64,000 nt of DNA from Amoebophrya sp. A120 (GCA_905178155.1 CAJINV010000004.1:5930828-5994827), one strand, 5' to 3'; positions 14,301 to 24,862 are shown, counted from the first letter of the stretch. Numbers and translations are program-made. The notes: generated from the sequence alone by a model not told the origin.

Positions 14301-17300
14301 GCTCGGTTCTTGGCGGGAGCACCGCTTTCGTGTAGATTTTCAGATCGTGGTGGTCGCTGTTGGTGGAATGTGTGTTCTTATTTCGATTTGATCCAGCACG
14401 ACTTTGGTCTGCTCGTGCTACATCAACCCGGAAACCGGGGCGAAGTCTGTTGTCTTCAGCGGTGTTTCCGGAGCCCATTGCGGCCGCAGCGTCATAATTC
14501 TCGGTCTCTTTCACGAAGGGACAAAGCGTTCCGTCCAGCGACAGCAGGGGGTCTAGTGCTTCTTGTTGCGCGGCGCCAGTATCATCTGATGAAAGGTTGT
14601 TATTACCTGCAACTGCTGCATTTTCGTCCCGGTTTGAAGTTCCTAGTGTAGTTCCTGCAGGAGCTGTCACATCGTCGAGCACTGCGGCTCCTGCTAAGCC
14701 AGGAATCTGCAGATGCGGATGCCTTCCTGGCTCTGCCTCTGCATTAATATTTGCATCGGAAGATAAAGATGTTGAAACTGCACCAGCACCACCACCACCA
14801 GAAAGGCCTCCCCCACCGTCCAGCAGGTTTCCCGCCGTGTACACAAAAACCCCCGCATCTTCATCCGTCTCCACCTCGCAATCGGACTGGCGGATTCGAA
14901 AAGTCGCACTGGAGAGACAGGACTTCACCAACCGCGAAATTAACGCGTTTTTCCGCTTTCTTTTCCGCTCCCTCTTCGACAGAAGGTTCAGGTCCTGCTC
15001 CAACTGCAGAAACGAATCGGTCTCGGTGGAAGAGAAGAGGATTGTGACTTTGAGAATTTTTGTCTCGTGCGAGTATTCCGACGCTAGTAATTCCTTCAAG
15101 CGGTCGGGCATGGCGTGGATGCAGGTGTACAGCAAGCTACTGGTCATCCACTCCCAGCTCGTGCCGCATATGGCGTTCTCAAACGTTACATTCTCAACTG
15201 TCATGCAAAACCAACATCAACATCCACACGGCGCAGCGACTTCGCATGACAAATTCCCGAAGGGCTATCGAAACAGCATTGAAATCTGTGCGGAATTTGT
15301 AGTGCTAGAAGTTCAATCCCCCCTTTTGCCTTTTGCTATGCTTGCATTGCAAATTCATGTAACAGTTGAGAATGTAACAACTGAGAGTCCCATACCGCAG
15401 ACACAGATGATGTGGTTGCACCCCTCGGACTTGACGGTCGGCACCCCGCACTTGGGGCACCACTGCACGCCGCCGCGCTTCGTGATGCCCAGCCCGTCGC
15501 GCATGCGCTGCTCGCAGGTCTGCCCGGGGTGCCACTCCGCGGTCTTGCACTTGAAACACATAGCGGCGTTGCAGCAGGGCGTTCGGAAGTAGGGGTACCT
15601 TCGGAAAAACGCGAGCAGCAGGGTGCACTTGCGCTCCACGTCCGCGATCTCCTGGCACTTTTCGTACTATCCTTCGTAAAAACGTCCCCACACCATAGAT
15701 AGTCAAGATGGCAAGTCTGCAACACAAATCCCCCAGCTTTGGGAGTTCTGCATGACAAGTTTCGATCTGCAGTGTAGTGCTGGCTGGCAAGGAAAGCGGC
15801 ATGAAAAAGCCTTTTCTCATCCTGTTCACAGCATTACAAATGCCAAAACATGACTGGAAATGCGTCTCATGGAGATGCGCATTCCAAGTGTTCCTGTCAT
15901 TGCACATTTGTATGACAACTCTGGGGCGGGGACGTTTTTACACAGGATACGTACACGCGTTTGGCTAGGGGAGCTGCAGCCTGCAGCAGTTTCGAAGCGC
16001 CAGGACCTGGCGGGGTGGATTTTTTTCAGTAAGTACAAAAACATCAACGCAGACTGGATTTCTTTACGTACAATTTACAACTAGCGACCACACGAACAAA
16101 GAATAAAGCGCACCACACGGCAGCTGCCTCTGAAATTGAAAATGCCGACGATACATCTTTACGGCAGCTTACATACGTGCACGTGGTGCATCTTATCTTC
16201 TTGTTCAGCTTTAGTTTATACGCAAATCAACGCTTGACGGCGAGTCTTGTCCCTTCGGCGAAGTAGATCCACCGCCACCTCTCCCTCCTGCTTCCTCCTC
16301 ACTGCCCGCATCTACTTTACGTTCGCCGAAAAGCGCGTAGTTGAGATGCTGGTCGAGGTCCACGATCTGGTTTATTTCTCCAGCGAGGTCCTCCCGCTCC
16401 GTGGCGCTGTGGTCGTTGGAGGAGAAACCGCTGACCTGAGTGAACTGCGTTACGGTCCTATGGAAGAGAGGAAAAGGCTCGGTACAGTCACAAACACTAA
16501 GACTAACTTGCAGGAGGCTTTGCATGAGAATTTTTTTCGGCGTCACGACAGGAAGTTTTTCTTGTATTGCAGAAAAACATCAAGGGAAATACCGGCTTGG
16601 TCGTATCAGATTTGACTGTGTTGCATTTTCGCCGCTGACTGAACTGATGTTTGTGCTTTGCAGGGTTATTACCGATTCCACCGATGAGTGATCGTGACCA
16701 ACATTTTCTTTTTGATAGGTTCGCACCGCCACCACGCCGTCCGGCCCAGATGCGATGATCCGTGTGGTTGTCTTCTTGTTCTGCTGCAGTTCTCCTGATA
16801 GCAGGGAACTGCTGCTCGGCGGTACATCCTTACAAACCAGTTCCAGCTCGTCTGCAAGTTGCTGCAACACCTCCTCCGCTTCGCACCGCCCCTTCAGCCA
16901 CCGCTTCCAGAGCACCGAGGCGGAGTGTAGTTGAGCGCCGTTCTCTTTGGTGGGTTCCTCTTCCGCCGATGTCGTGGCAGCAATACCACCGCCGATTCCT
17001 CCCGCAGCTGCGGACGAGGCCGTGGTAGAGACACTCGCGGTGTCAGAACCGCCCCCGCATCGTCGCCAGTGTTGGTCGCGCAACTTCTCTTCGAGGTCGT
17101 GTATGGGGCTCTCAAGCGCTATATTCTCAACTGTTACATATACATAAATATACATGATTTGTCATGCAGAACTACCAGCAGAATCGAAACGATCAAGCTG
17201 CTTCGCATGACAAATTCTCGAAGTCCTAAAGAGGCTTAGAACCTGTGCCAAATCTGTCATGCAAGACGCAGAACGTCACCCCTTTCACTTTTGCCATTCT

Positions 17301-20300
17301 TGCATGACAAGTCCATGTAGCAAGTGAGAATGTAACATTTGAAAACACCATATCGTGGCGCTGTTTGTTCTTTTTCACGTGGTCGACGCCATGGTAGGGA
17401 GAGGAAAGCGAGTTCCGGAGCCAGGTATGCTGTACAAAACAAGTATCGACGTACTCGTAGTAATCCTAATCGCAGTCATGCATTACAAATCTCCATCCCA
17501 AGGTAAAACAGCATGAGAAAAAAATTTTTCCATGTGTCATGCTGAGCTAATTTTATACATCTACCGCGGGGAGATCATCCTATGGGATGATCAATGACTC
17601 GCCTGGAGTCGTCGTCGCCCCGTAGAGCGGGCGCCCACGAGATGAGCACCTGCCCGGGATGATCAATGACTCGCATGGAGTCGTCGTCGCCCCGTAGAGC
17701 GGGCGCCCACGAGATGAGCACCTGCCCCATACAGGACGAAGACATATTCAGAGTCTCTGTCACGCTACCTACGATAGCGGCGCGAGACCTCATGATCGCC
17801 CCGTGGTAAGAGAAAGAGCACGAAACCAAAAACCCACCAAAAGAGGGCGGGTGGGCGGGAAAAACTTCAAGCCCGGAGGCCTGGCCCCTGTCACTGTCAT
17901 ATCTAGGATCTGGCTACCGAGTAAGATATCGGGTCGAGGCTGGGGCCGTATAAAATATCGACCGACCAACCTCAGCCCCGACTCACAGGCTCGCGCGACT
18001 GCTGTTGCCCGGTCATAAATTTTATACATCTACCGCGGGGAGATCATCCTATGGGATGATCAATGACTCGCATGGAGTCGTCGTCGCCCCGTAGAGCGGG
18101 CGCCCACGAGATGAGCACCTGCCCCACCGACGGAGACGCAACGCGACGAAGCAACCCAAAGAACCCGCAAGTGCACACGCGTAGATGAATTTGGGTAACA
18201 ACAAGTGCCCCATCGAAGAGGAGGCGGAAGTGACGACAGCACCACGAGAGACCGATACGCCAGCAGATGCTGATCATATCAAAACGCAGACGGCAAGAAG
18301 GGCGTGACCGAGCGCAAACACAGACGGGGTCTGGCACAGACGCAAGAACAGCATGTACGGAGTCCCAGCGTGATCTCGTCGACACACATGTCGAACGAGC
18401 AGAAAAAAAAGAAATAATCGTGTACCGAGCAGGCCTACATCAACATTAAATGTTGTAAAAGAAGTAATGTGCGCCACAGCGCGAGCCATGGGAAACCCAC
18501 CCGAAAAATCTACACAGAACACAGACCCGGAACGGAGAGCGGCGCCCTTACTTCTTATCGACTCCCGCGCCGGCGCTGCTGCTGCTGCTGCCGGTCTTCC
18601 CCTGATGAACATCCCACGCCCGGGCAGGATCGAAACGCCACCCAAAGCGCTGCACAACCTCCCGAAGCTGCTCCAAGGACTCCGGGGCGGCATGGGAGTA
18701 GGAACACCCACGACGCGAGCAATTTCCATGCTGCAAGAAGATCGCGCAGGGGCCGGCCGGAGCGGAATCCGCTCCCGCCCGCTGGCGTTTCGAACGGCCG
18801 CCGTCCTCTTGTTCGGTGGTTACGGAATCCATGCGGGAAAAGCAAACACCCTGAAACCACTCCCAAACCTTTAACGCGTAGGCCTTGGGGCCCTCGTTCG
18901 GGTTGCCGCTCCCTTCATAGTCGCCCGCGGCGCTCAAAGTCTTGGCGTCCCGCGCCCAAACCTTGGCAAAGATCTCGAAGGCCTGCGCGCTCAGTCCAAA
19001 ACGGAAAACCCAGGACAGGCCGAAGGAATTGACAGCCCGCACGTCGCGCTCCGCAACAAAAAGGACAACGGTGAGCATCTGGAAAACACAGCGAACGGTC
19101 TTCAGCGGCAAGCCCGCAAGGTCCATGTCGAGAACGGCCTTGTGCAGCTTGGAGAACAAAGAAGCGGAGCAGATGATGTCAGGAGACACCCCCATCTGTG
19201 CCGCCACGGCACTAACTTTCTTCTCTTCCTTCGCCATCGTTTCGAAGCCCTTCGCGAAAAGCTTCCCCATCATCTCTAACTGCTCCGCATTCTGCAGCTG
19301 CTGCTGGGGCTGCTGCTGCTGGCCCCCATGGTTTTGCCCTTCAATATCAGACATTTTAGCGAAAAGGATGGCACCCAAAGAAGATGCGCTTTGCTCGAAG
19401 TACACGAAAATACTCACCCAAAGGTGTCAAGGTCCCTGTGACGGATGGATGGGAGGAGGAAACAGTGAGGACAAGGGCAAGAGCCGCTCCTCAACTCCCC
19501 AGGCGAAACTACTAACAGATCTGGAAGACACACCAGGACATTTCTTCCCGTGGGAGTGTCGATTTAAGAGCGAGCAACATATGATCAGAACCACAGAAGA
19601 CCCAGAGCACCCATTTTCGATTTCGACCACGGAGAAATAGAGAGGAACCCGCCCAGATGGCGCCACATTTGCAGAACATGAGTGCGGTCATATTTCGACC
19701 CAGAGATGAACGGGACACACATACACCACCGCGCTGACCCTAGTCCGCGACTCGCGTGACACAGCTCCACAGCGTAGACATATACCAACCACAAACCCCG
19801 GGGCCTACCGCCTCACGTTTCTCCTCTCTTAGGTTTAACGGATTCAAACCGCCAGTGCCACAGAGCCGAAGTCACGCCAGTCAGTCGGACCAGGATCAGC
19901 GCCAGATGGACAGACGCGCATCAAAGCGCCGTCATCACGACAGCAGACCAAACAACTCGCAGTGCGGGCAAAAGGCCTCACACACCGCGCCAGGACGTAA
20001 AGTAGACGCAGAAGGCAGCCTACTTCACAGAGAGAGAAACAACTGTAGATCGAGGGCGGAAAGGCTCCTCTCCCTACCCAAACGGCCGTCAACATCGGCC
20101 AGAAAACAACTGACTACCATCGGCAGGGGCGTTACTCCCTGGATCCCAGAATGACAAAAACGAGGGGAAAAACTTCAAGCCCGGAGGCCTGGCCCCTGTC
20201 ACTGTCATATCTAGGATCTGGCTACCGAGTAAGATATCGGGTCGAGGCTGGGGCCGTATAAAATATCGACCGACCAACCTCAGCCCCGACTCACAGGCTC

Positions 20301-23300
20301 GCGCGACTGCTGTTGCCCGGTCATACATTTATTGTAATGCAAGTACTACTAGTGCGATAGTCATGCTTTTGCAGTTCATACCAGGGGTGATCCAGCAACA
20401 AAAAGCCCGGCTGCTCGTTCAGCAGACTGCCGGTACCGTCGCAGTCCGGGCAGCGGTAGGTGAGCAACGCCTCGGCGCTCTGGTAGTACTTTTGGAACAC
20501 GGACACATCCACCAGGGGCGTCCAGACGTCCGCGGGCACGCGGGAGCGGCAGTCCGGGCACTTCAGATAGGGACACGAGTACAGCGCCGCTGACACCATG
20601 GTCTCCGCGTGCTGCGAGAAACACTCGCGGCAAAAGCAACCCTGGCACACTGGCGGCGAGGTGGAAGAGGACGACTTGCTGGTAGATCCAGTGAGCAAAC
20701 GAGCCCGCGTGTTAGACGCAGCAGCCCCAGCGCCGGATGGTTCGGTGGATAATGAAGTGCGAGGGAGGTTCAAGCAGGGCCGCAACAGCAGCCTGACGTC
20801 CACATGGCCGGGGGAGTGGCGTAACCGGCTTCATATGGATTGGAAAGAACACGTAGCGCACTCGTAGCGGTTGCATTTATTGCTGCAATAGAATTAGAAA
20901 TACGGTCAGCGTCGTGTGCGTGAGAAATACAATTAGCCAGCTGATTCAGCTTGGAAAGAAAATTTTCTTTCGCATGATTCTGATTAAGTGCTTTGTTCGA
21001 GTACGGTACTTTCGCACGGGATACTTCGTGGCGACCAGCAAATGGAGGTCTCTTCGTCGAAATCATCTAGGCAGATCTGACACCGGAAGTTGTTTAGTGT
21101 GAAAGCTTTGTCGAGGGCATCAACATCACGCCTGAGAGGGAGCAACGCCGAGGAGGGGTCGGCCAGAGCAGCCTCAGGATCGATGGGCAACAAACAGCTC
21201 TCCTGCTGCTGTTGCTGCCGGCTGAGTGCAGCATTCGCAGCTGCTCCCGCCGCAGCTTTCTTTGAGGAAGCTGCTGTTCCACCACCGGTGCCCGCCAGTC
21301 CTAAAGCTGCCGGTGTTGAACAGGCGGTCACCGAGCTTCTGGATTTTGACCCCGGTTTGCTCGCAGGGGAAACGGTGGGAAGCGATGCGCCATCATGATC
21401 CGTGGTCGTACCGCTAGCTCCGCGCTGCGCCGCGTCTAGGCGGGGGAGATGCTTGCTCGCGCTCCGGCTGATCGACGTTGCGTTTTGTGCATTGCAAAAG
21501 CATCATATTTAGTGGAAATCGCAATACAGACTTTTCCACAAGAAAATAGAATGGAAATTGTGAAGCTGCTTTTGCTTGATAGCGTTGGCGTTTCCATTTG
21601 TCGTGCACTCGTCCTGCAATACAAGTAAGCGATGCTTTTTCACACGGGATACGTCCTCGCGACCCGCGATGAGTCGCTGCAGTGCCGCATCGGTCAAGGG
21701 TTGACTGCCCTGCGCCAGCCGGGTCTGCAGGTCAGAAATCGGCGTCGCGTTGCTGGCGTAGGGGGTGGAGGAGCCTGTTGTGCCTGCTCCCGCAGAGAGT
21801 TTATTGCCCGCCGCTCCTGTAGTTGTCGTCTGCTCCCCCGCCGCGAGTTGTTGGAGATTCACCAGAGGACCTCGATTTCCCGCTCCCGGTGCGGACGAGA
21901 ACTGAGAGGTTGGCCCAGCTGTGTTTTGATGACGTTGGTCGGCCGCACGACTCCCTGTGCCGGTAGTCGCTGCCAGCTGCCCTGGAATTTGTTGACCACT
22001 TCCGCTACTGGTTCCTTGCGCCCCCACAGAAGAAGCACTTCCACCGCCTCCACCAATGCGGGGGAGGTGGTGCGCACCACCACCTCCAGCATGGTGCGGC
22101 GGCTGGTTCAGGTTTCGCTTGTTGATTTGGTTTTGCGCAGTGGCACTCCTCCGCTGTGGCTGTTGTACCAGCTGGTGGCCACCTGTTGAAGTAGGTGATG
22201 CCCCACTTGTGGTCGCATGTTGCTGGTGGTGGTGCCCAAGCGCGCCTCCCCTGCTTGCGGGTGACGAGGGTGCCGTCGTTGCAGTCCCCCTACCTCCACC
22301 AGTGGCTGTGGTCGCTGGACCTGTTCCTGTAGCATGATGATGCTGCCCTCCTGTTGCAGCGCCTCCTGTAGTGGTGTTCGCACTGGCCGCGGTTGTTTTT
22401 CGGCCGCTCAGCTCCCGGAGCTCTTTCAGACGGCTGCGTGAGCTCGGGGTCACGTATGGGTTGGTGGCGTTGTTTGTTCCGACAGCGCCTGGAACTCCTC
22501 GTGCAGTCGTGCCGACTGCGCCGCCGATAGCGGGGGTGAGCAGTTGATGTGCCCCCGCCTGCCGCGACTGTAGGTGTTGTACTAGAAATGCGGCCTCATT
22601 TGTTTTCGTCACAAGCGGTTTTGTCGTGTCGTGTTGCGTATGCTGTGAAAAAGTATCGAACTCGTACTAAAACTAATTGCAAATATGCATGACAAATCTT
22701 CCTTCTGTAGGTAAAACAGCATTAGTACAAATTTTACTTTTATTCTTGCCGAAATTTGTAATGCGATTTCTACTAGTATGGTACTTTTGCAATGCATATT
22801 GTGCACTACTGGGCTTGCTCGGCGACGACGTCGAGGCGTCGGACAAATGCTTCGCCTATCAAAATGAAAAATCTCCCCTCCCCATACCAAATTGAAAATC
22901 TGTGATGCAACAAGGCTTGTGGACATAAATCAGCTTTGTCTTGCAGTAGAGGACTGCACGCAGATACAAAGCCTGAGCTGGGCCTTTTTGGTGTTGCCAC
23001 CTAGCAAGGAAGACTGATCCTCTGCACACCATACAGCATTACAAATTGCGCGCAAAACCCGCCGGAGTCTCTGGCTTTGCCATTTTGCAAGACGATTTGT
23101 GTCCGCAAATCAGCATCACAAATTTTCAGAAGTGATGTGTCTTTTGAGTATGGGGTGAGAGGATTTTTCCTCACAATATCGCCAGGCCCGTGTTCGGAGA
23201 CTCCGCTCGGTCTTCCAGCAGGGGGCCTCCCGTGATTTGGTTGGATGTTATTTGAGACGAGGGGAAATTAATATGTTGACCTCCTGCTGTTCCACTTGTT

Positions 23301-23506
23301 GCACTAGCGGCGCCACGAAGGCCCCCGCGCGATGAAGTAGCGCCGCTCGCTGCACCACCTGCGTGCGGAAAGCGCGTTCGCTCGGCGGCATTGCGGTAGT
23401 TGCCGCCCCAGGGACCACCTGCTCGGACGGGCGTTCCGGTACGAGCGGCCGTCGTGTGGTTATCTCCTCCACCGGGCGTACGCCGCTGTTGGGGGGCAGT
23501 GGACAT
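2332..23506 (-). CDS. Giant multi-exon RBR (RING1-IBR-RING2) E3 ubiquitin ligase with C-terminal ankyrin repeats, roughly 4500 aa (estimate)
   Basis: Exons join in frame after removing 18 introners (+1 TSD each) and ~5 canonical introns (e.g. 6108-6272, 9772-9897). RING1-like CQICLDDF...CFCRECF...KCPDC; IBR-like CCNAAMCFKCKTAEWHPGQTC; RING2 CPKCGVPTVKSEGCNHIICVCG|TSWEW. Ankyrin motifs ALHVAALAGSKECVQLLL, ETPLFVACRRG, ETPLLVAIQEG. The last two junctions (near 5.2 kb and 3.0 kb) are less certain. Confidence 0.8.
5895..6050. mobile_element. Introner, family A
   Basis: tatgaaatgcaaaagc...cttttgcacaggata; TSD tttcg/tttcg; removal gives WTLHFQPK|NPNVF. Confidence 0.9.
7844..8157. mobile_element. 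Introner, family B
   Basis: Perfect 15-bp TIR tatggaagcgtcagg/cctgacgcttccata; TSD cccgt; frame restored (FLDG|KYVET). Confidence 0.92.
8222..8381. mobile_element. Introner, family A
   Basis: tatgaactgcaaaag/cttttgcagttcata; TSD gcacg; frame restored. Confidence 0.92.
8463..8775. mobile_element. Introner, family C
   Basis: 24-bp TIR tattacaatgaaaaatgcccccac (1 mismatch); TSD gtgca; frame restored (MLH|RLCF). Confidence 0.92.
10763..10974. mobile_element. Introner, family H (degenerate)
   Basis: tat...ata ends; TSD cacac/cgcac; frame restored (TPLMC|AFRAYVAH); resembles 35935-36103. Confidence 0.8.
12469..12629. mobile_element. Introner, family A
   Basis: TSD cggtc; removal gives QRP|LILTILDHMRELY. 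Confidence 0.92.
13740..13856. mobile_element. Introner, family A (internally deleted, 117 bp)
   Basis: tatgaattgcaaaagtatcg/cgatacttttgcacaggata; TSD accgc; frame restored. Confidence 0.9.
13939..14157. mobile_element. Introner, family D
   Basis: tatgagagcgcacaactcccc/ggggagttgtgcactgtcata; TSD ttcca; frame restored (QVE|DLKR). Confidence 0.92.
15169..15394. mobile_element. Introner, family E, inside RING2
   Basis: TIR containing gttacattctcaactgt/acagttgagaatgtaac; TSD ccgca; removal rebuilds CVCG|TSWEW. Confidence 0.92.
15668..15949. mobile_element. Introner, family F
   Basis: tatccttcgtaaaaacgtcccc/ggggacgtttttacacaggata; TSD cgtac. Confidence 0.9.
16459..16717. mobile_element. Degenerate introner, unassigned family
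   Basis: tat...ata ends; TSD ggtcc/ggttc; frame restored (VAVRT|VTQF). Confidence 0.75.
17102..17352. mobile_element. Introner, family E
   Basis: TSD tcgtg; frame restored (QRHD|LEEK). Confidence 0.9.
17549..17729. repeat. Direct repeat B, terminal copy, with a 72-bp tandem duplication
   Basis: Matches 18018-18126; unit gggatgatc...cacctgccc at 17584 and 17656. Confidence 0.95.
17857..18017. repeat. 161-bp direct repeat A, internal copy
   Basis: Appears identical to 20165-20325. Confidence 0.95.
18018..18126. repeat. Direct repeat B, internal copy
   Basis: aattttatacatctaccgcgggg...cacctgcccca, same as from 17549. Confidence 0.95.
18548..19417 (-). CDS. Gag-like protein with a CCCH zinc finger (the element's ORF)
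   Basis: Intronless 289-aa ORF (start may be MSDIEGQ); C-terminal CAIFLQHGNCSRRGCSYSH = C-x8-C-x4-C-x3-H; the only convincing ORF between the repeats. Confidence 0.65.
   Translation of the reverse strand: MSIFVYFEQSASSLGAILFAKMSDIEGQNHGGQQQQPQQQLQNAEQLEMMGKLFAKGFETMAKEEKKVSAVAAQMGVSPDIICSASLFSKLHKAVLDMDLAGLPLKTVRCVFQMLTVVLFVAERDVRAVNSFGLSWVFRFGLSAQAFEIFAKVWARDAKTLSAAGDYEGSGNPNEGPKAYALKVWEWFQGVCFSRMDSVTTEQEDGGRSKRQRAGADSAPAGPCAIFLQHGNCSRRGCSYSHAAPESLEQLREVVQRFGWRFDPARAWDVHQGKTGSSSSSAGAGVDKK
20165..20325. repeat. 161-bp direct repeat A, terminal copy
   Basis: Appears identical to 17857-18017. Confidence 0.95.
20834..21023. mobile_element. Degenerate family A-like introner inside RING1
   Basis: TSD cttca/cttcg; frame restored (WSPR|SRLRHSPGHVDV). 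Confidence 0.8.
21485..21581. mobile_element. Degenerate, shortened family A introner
   Basis: TSD gcgtt; left TAT lost; frame restored (NANA|TSISR). Confidence 0.75.
21615..21651. mobile_element. 37-bp introner remnant, probable GT-AG mini-intron
   Basis: One family A arm only, flanked by cgtcc/cgtcc; - strand reads gtatcc...ttgcag (21652-21614, 39 nt). Confidence 0.65.
22639..22798. mobile_element. Introner, family A (reverse orientation)
   Basis: TSD ttgcg/ttgtg; tat...ata ends. Confidence 0.88.
22857..23178. mobile_element. Introner, family C-like
   Basis: tatcaaaatgaaaaatctcccctccccata/tatggggtgagaggatttttcctcacaata; TSD tcgcc. Confidence 0.85.
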
Positions 23507-24029
23507 TCCCCCTTAAAATTGGTTTTGTGTATCTTAAAATCGTAGTAGCAGAGACAGAAGAACATGAAGAGACAACGCAACATGGGTGGAGAGAAGGACA
23601 ACACTTCAGCCCGTAACGTCCACATGAGACAGACCACGCTAACGTCTACATGAGACAGACCCCTTAAAAAGCAACAAAATGAAAGGTGTTTCTCATCACG
23701 GGCGGACGGCAAAGTCAAGAAGCTCTTGGTTTTGCAATATGTCATCCCCACCAGGAAGAAGAGGAAGAACGCCTTGGGAATTCGTAAAGTTTAGACATGC
23801 TTACCAAGTTTAACGGGTCGTGGAGATACGACGACATCAAATAAGAAAGACAATAAAGATGTGACAGACAACACAGGTGCATTTGTGAAGAAAAAATCGC
23901 AAGAAAGTGCATCCAAGGTCATACCTACAAGAAGCAAATAGACCAAAAGGTGACTGTCGTGTGCCCGGCGGTAGCAGCGAGTCGCGACGACTAAAGGACA
24001 GCAGCGCGAAAGTGGAAAAAAAATGGCAG

Positions 24030-24745
24030 ACACTTATTTCATGGGCATTCATGCTAGCTTTCATGCTTGCCGCATCATGATCAAAGTGATCATCATAGTG
24101 ATTGAGCCCGAAGCTCATCGCGCTGGTCATGTGTATTTCGTTTTGCACAGGAGGTACAGGTACTTTTGGTTTTTCTTTTTGTACATCATAACCGTCATGA
24201 TGCCATGCGATGTAGTTGTCCTCATCAGTGTCAATCTTCCACCTGGGTCATTTGTATTTGTATAAAAAGAATTGCTCGGTACTACGTACCAGTGATGAAA
24301 ATAAAATAACTTACTCAGCCTTACGTTTTTCGAAAAAAAAAAACGAAGGATGCCAGCAGAGATAGTAAGTGGAAGTTTCATTCGAAACGGTTTTCTGCCT
24401 TCCTTCAATATCATATTCACAAATGCTGGGCCTCGTTTCTTGATACTGTCACTGTTGCTGTTCTAAAAAATCGAAATATAATATGAAAGTTCTAAAAAAT
24501 CGAAACCTACGAAGTTGTAGTGCTGTCTGATATATTATTTAATTTCACAGTCTTCTTTCTGTTTCTGTGCAGATGTAAAAGGAAACGGTCAACTCGCATA
24601 CTTTTTTCTTGGAAACAAATCAATGGAAGACGAAGATGCTCAACCAAACTGAATCTAAATCTAAATCTATACCTTTGCAAAGAAAACGGATGAAACGGAT
24701 ATTTGATGATGCCGATGACCCTTCTCCTTCGGCGGCGCTCTAGAA
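24030..24745 (-). CDS. Possible small multi-exon hypothetical gene
   Basis: Coding-like segments (WKIDTDEDNYIAWHHDGYDVQKEKPKVP...; VNMILKEGRKPFRMKLP) between AT-rich intron-like stretches; boundaries unresolved. Confidence 0.3.
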
Positions 24746-24862
24746 GTTGAAGTCTTTATCATAGTCATAACGCTAGATGGATAAGCAAGGATGGCAAAAT
24801 TTTCATCCCACCTTCACCTCCCTCGAAGATGAGCATGAATCCCCTCCGCTATAATTTCACCT

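Larger units (their letters stand above)
17549..20325 (-). mobile_element. Non-autonomous split-direct-repeat (Ngaro/PAT-like, tyrosine-recombinase-type) retroelement
   Basis: On the - strand: A1 (20325-20165), ORF, B1 (18126-18018) directly abutting A2 (18017-17857), then B2 (17729-17549). No TSD; no RT, RNase H or YR ORF visible. Confidence 0.78.
17426..20380. mobile_element. Family A introner (reverse orientation) carrying a 2.8-kb nested insertion
   Basis: Left arm 17426-17548, right arm 20326-20380; TSD ccagg on both sides; removal gives LLDHPW|LRNSLS in frame. Confidence 0.88.

Noticed and set aside
17584-17729. tRNA or tRNA-derived SINE (72 nt, ending ...cca)
   Set aside because: No GTTCRA T-loop and no convincing cloverleaf on either strand.
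17549-20325. Ordinary LTR retrotransposon
   Set aside because: The two ends are different sequences (B versus A), with no TG...CA, TSD or integrase.
2332-23506. Pseudogenes disrupted by MITEs
   Set aside because: The exons between insertions remain stop-free and rejoin in frame, which argues for splicing; confirmation needs RNA data.
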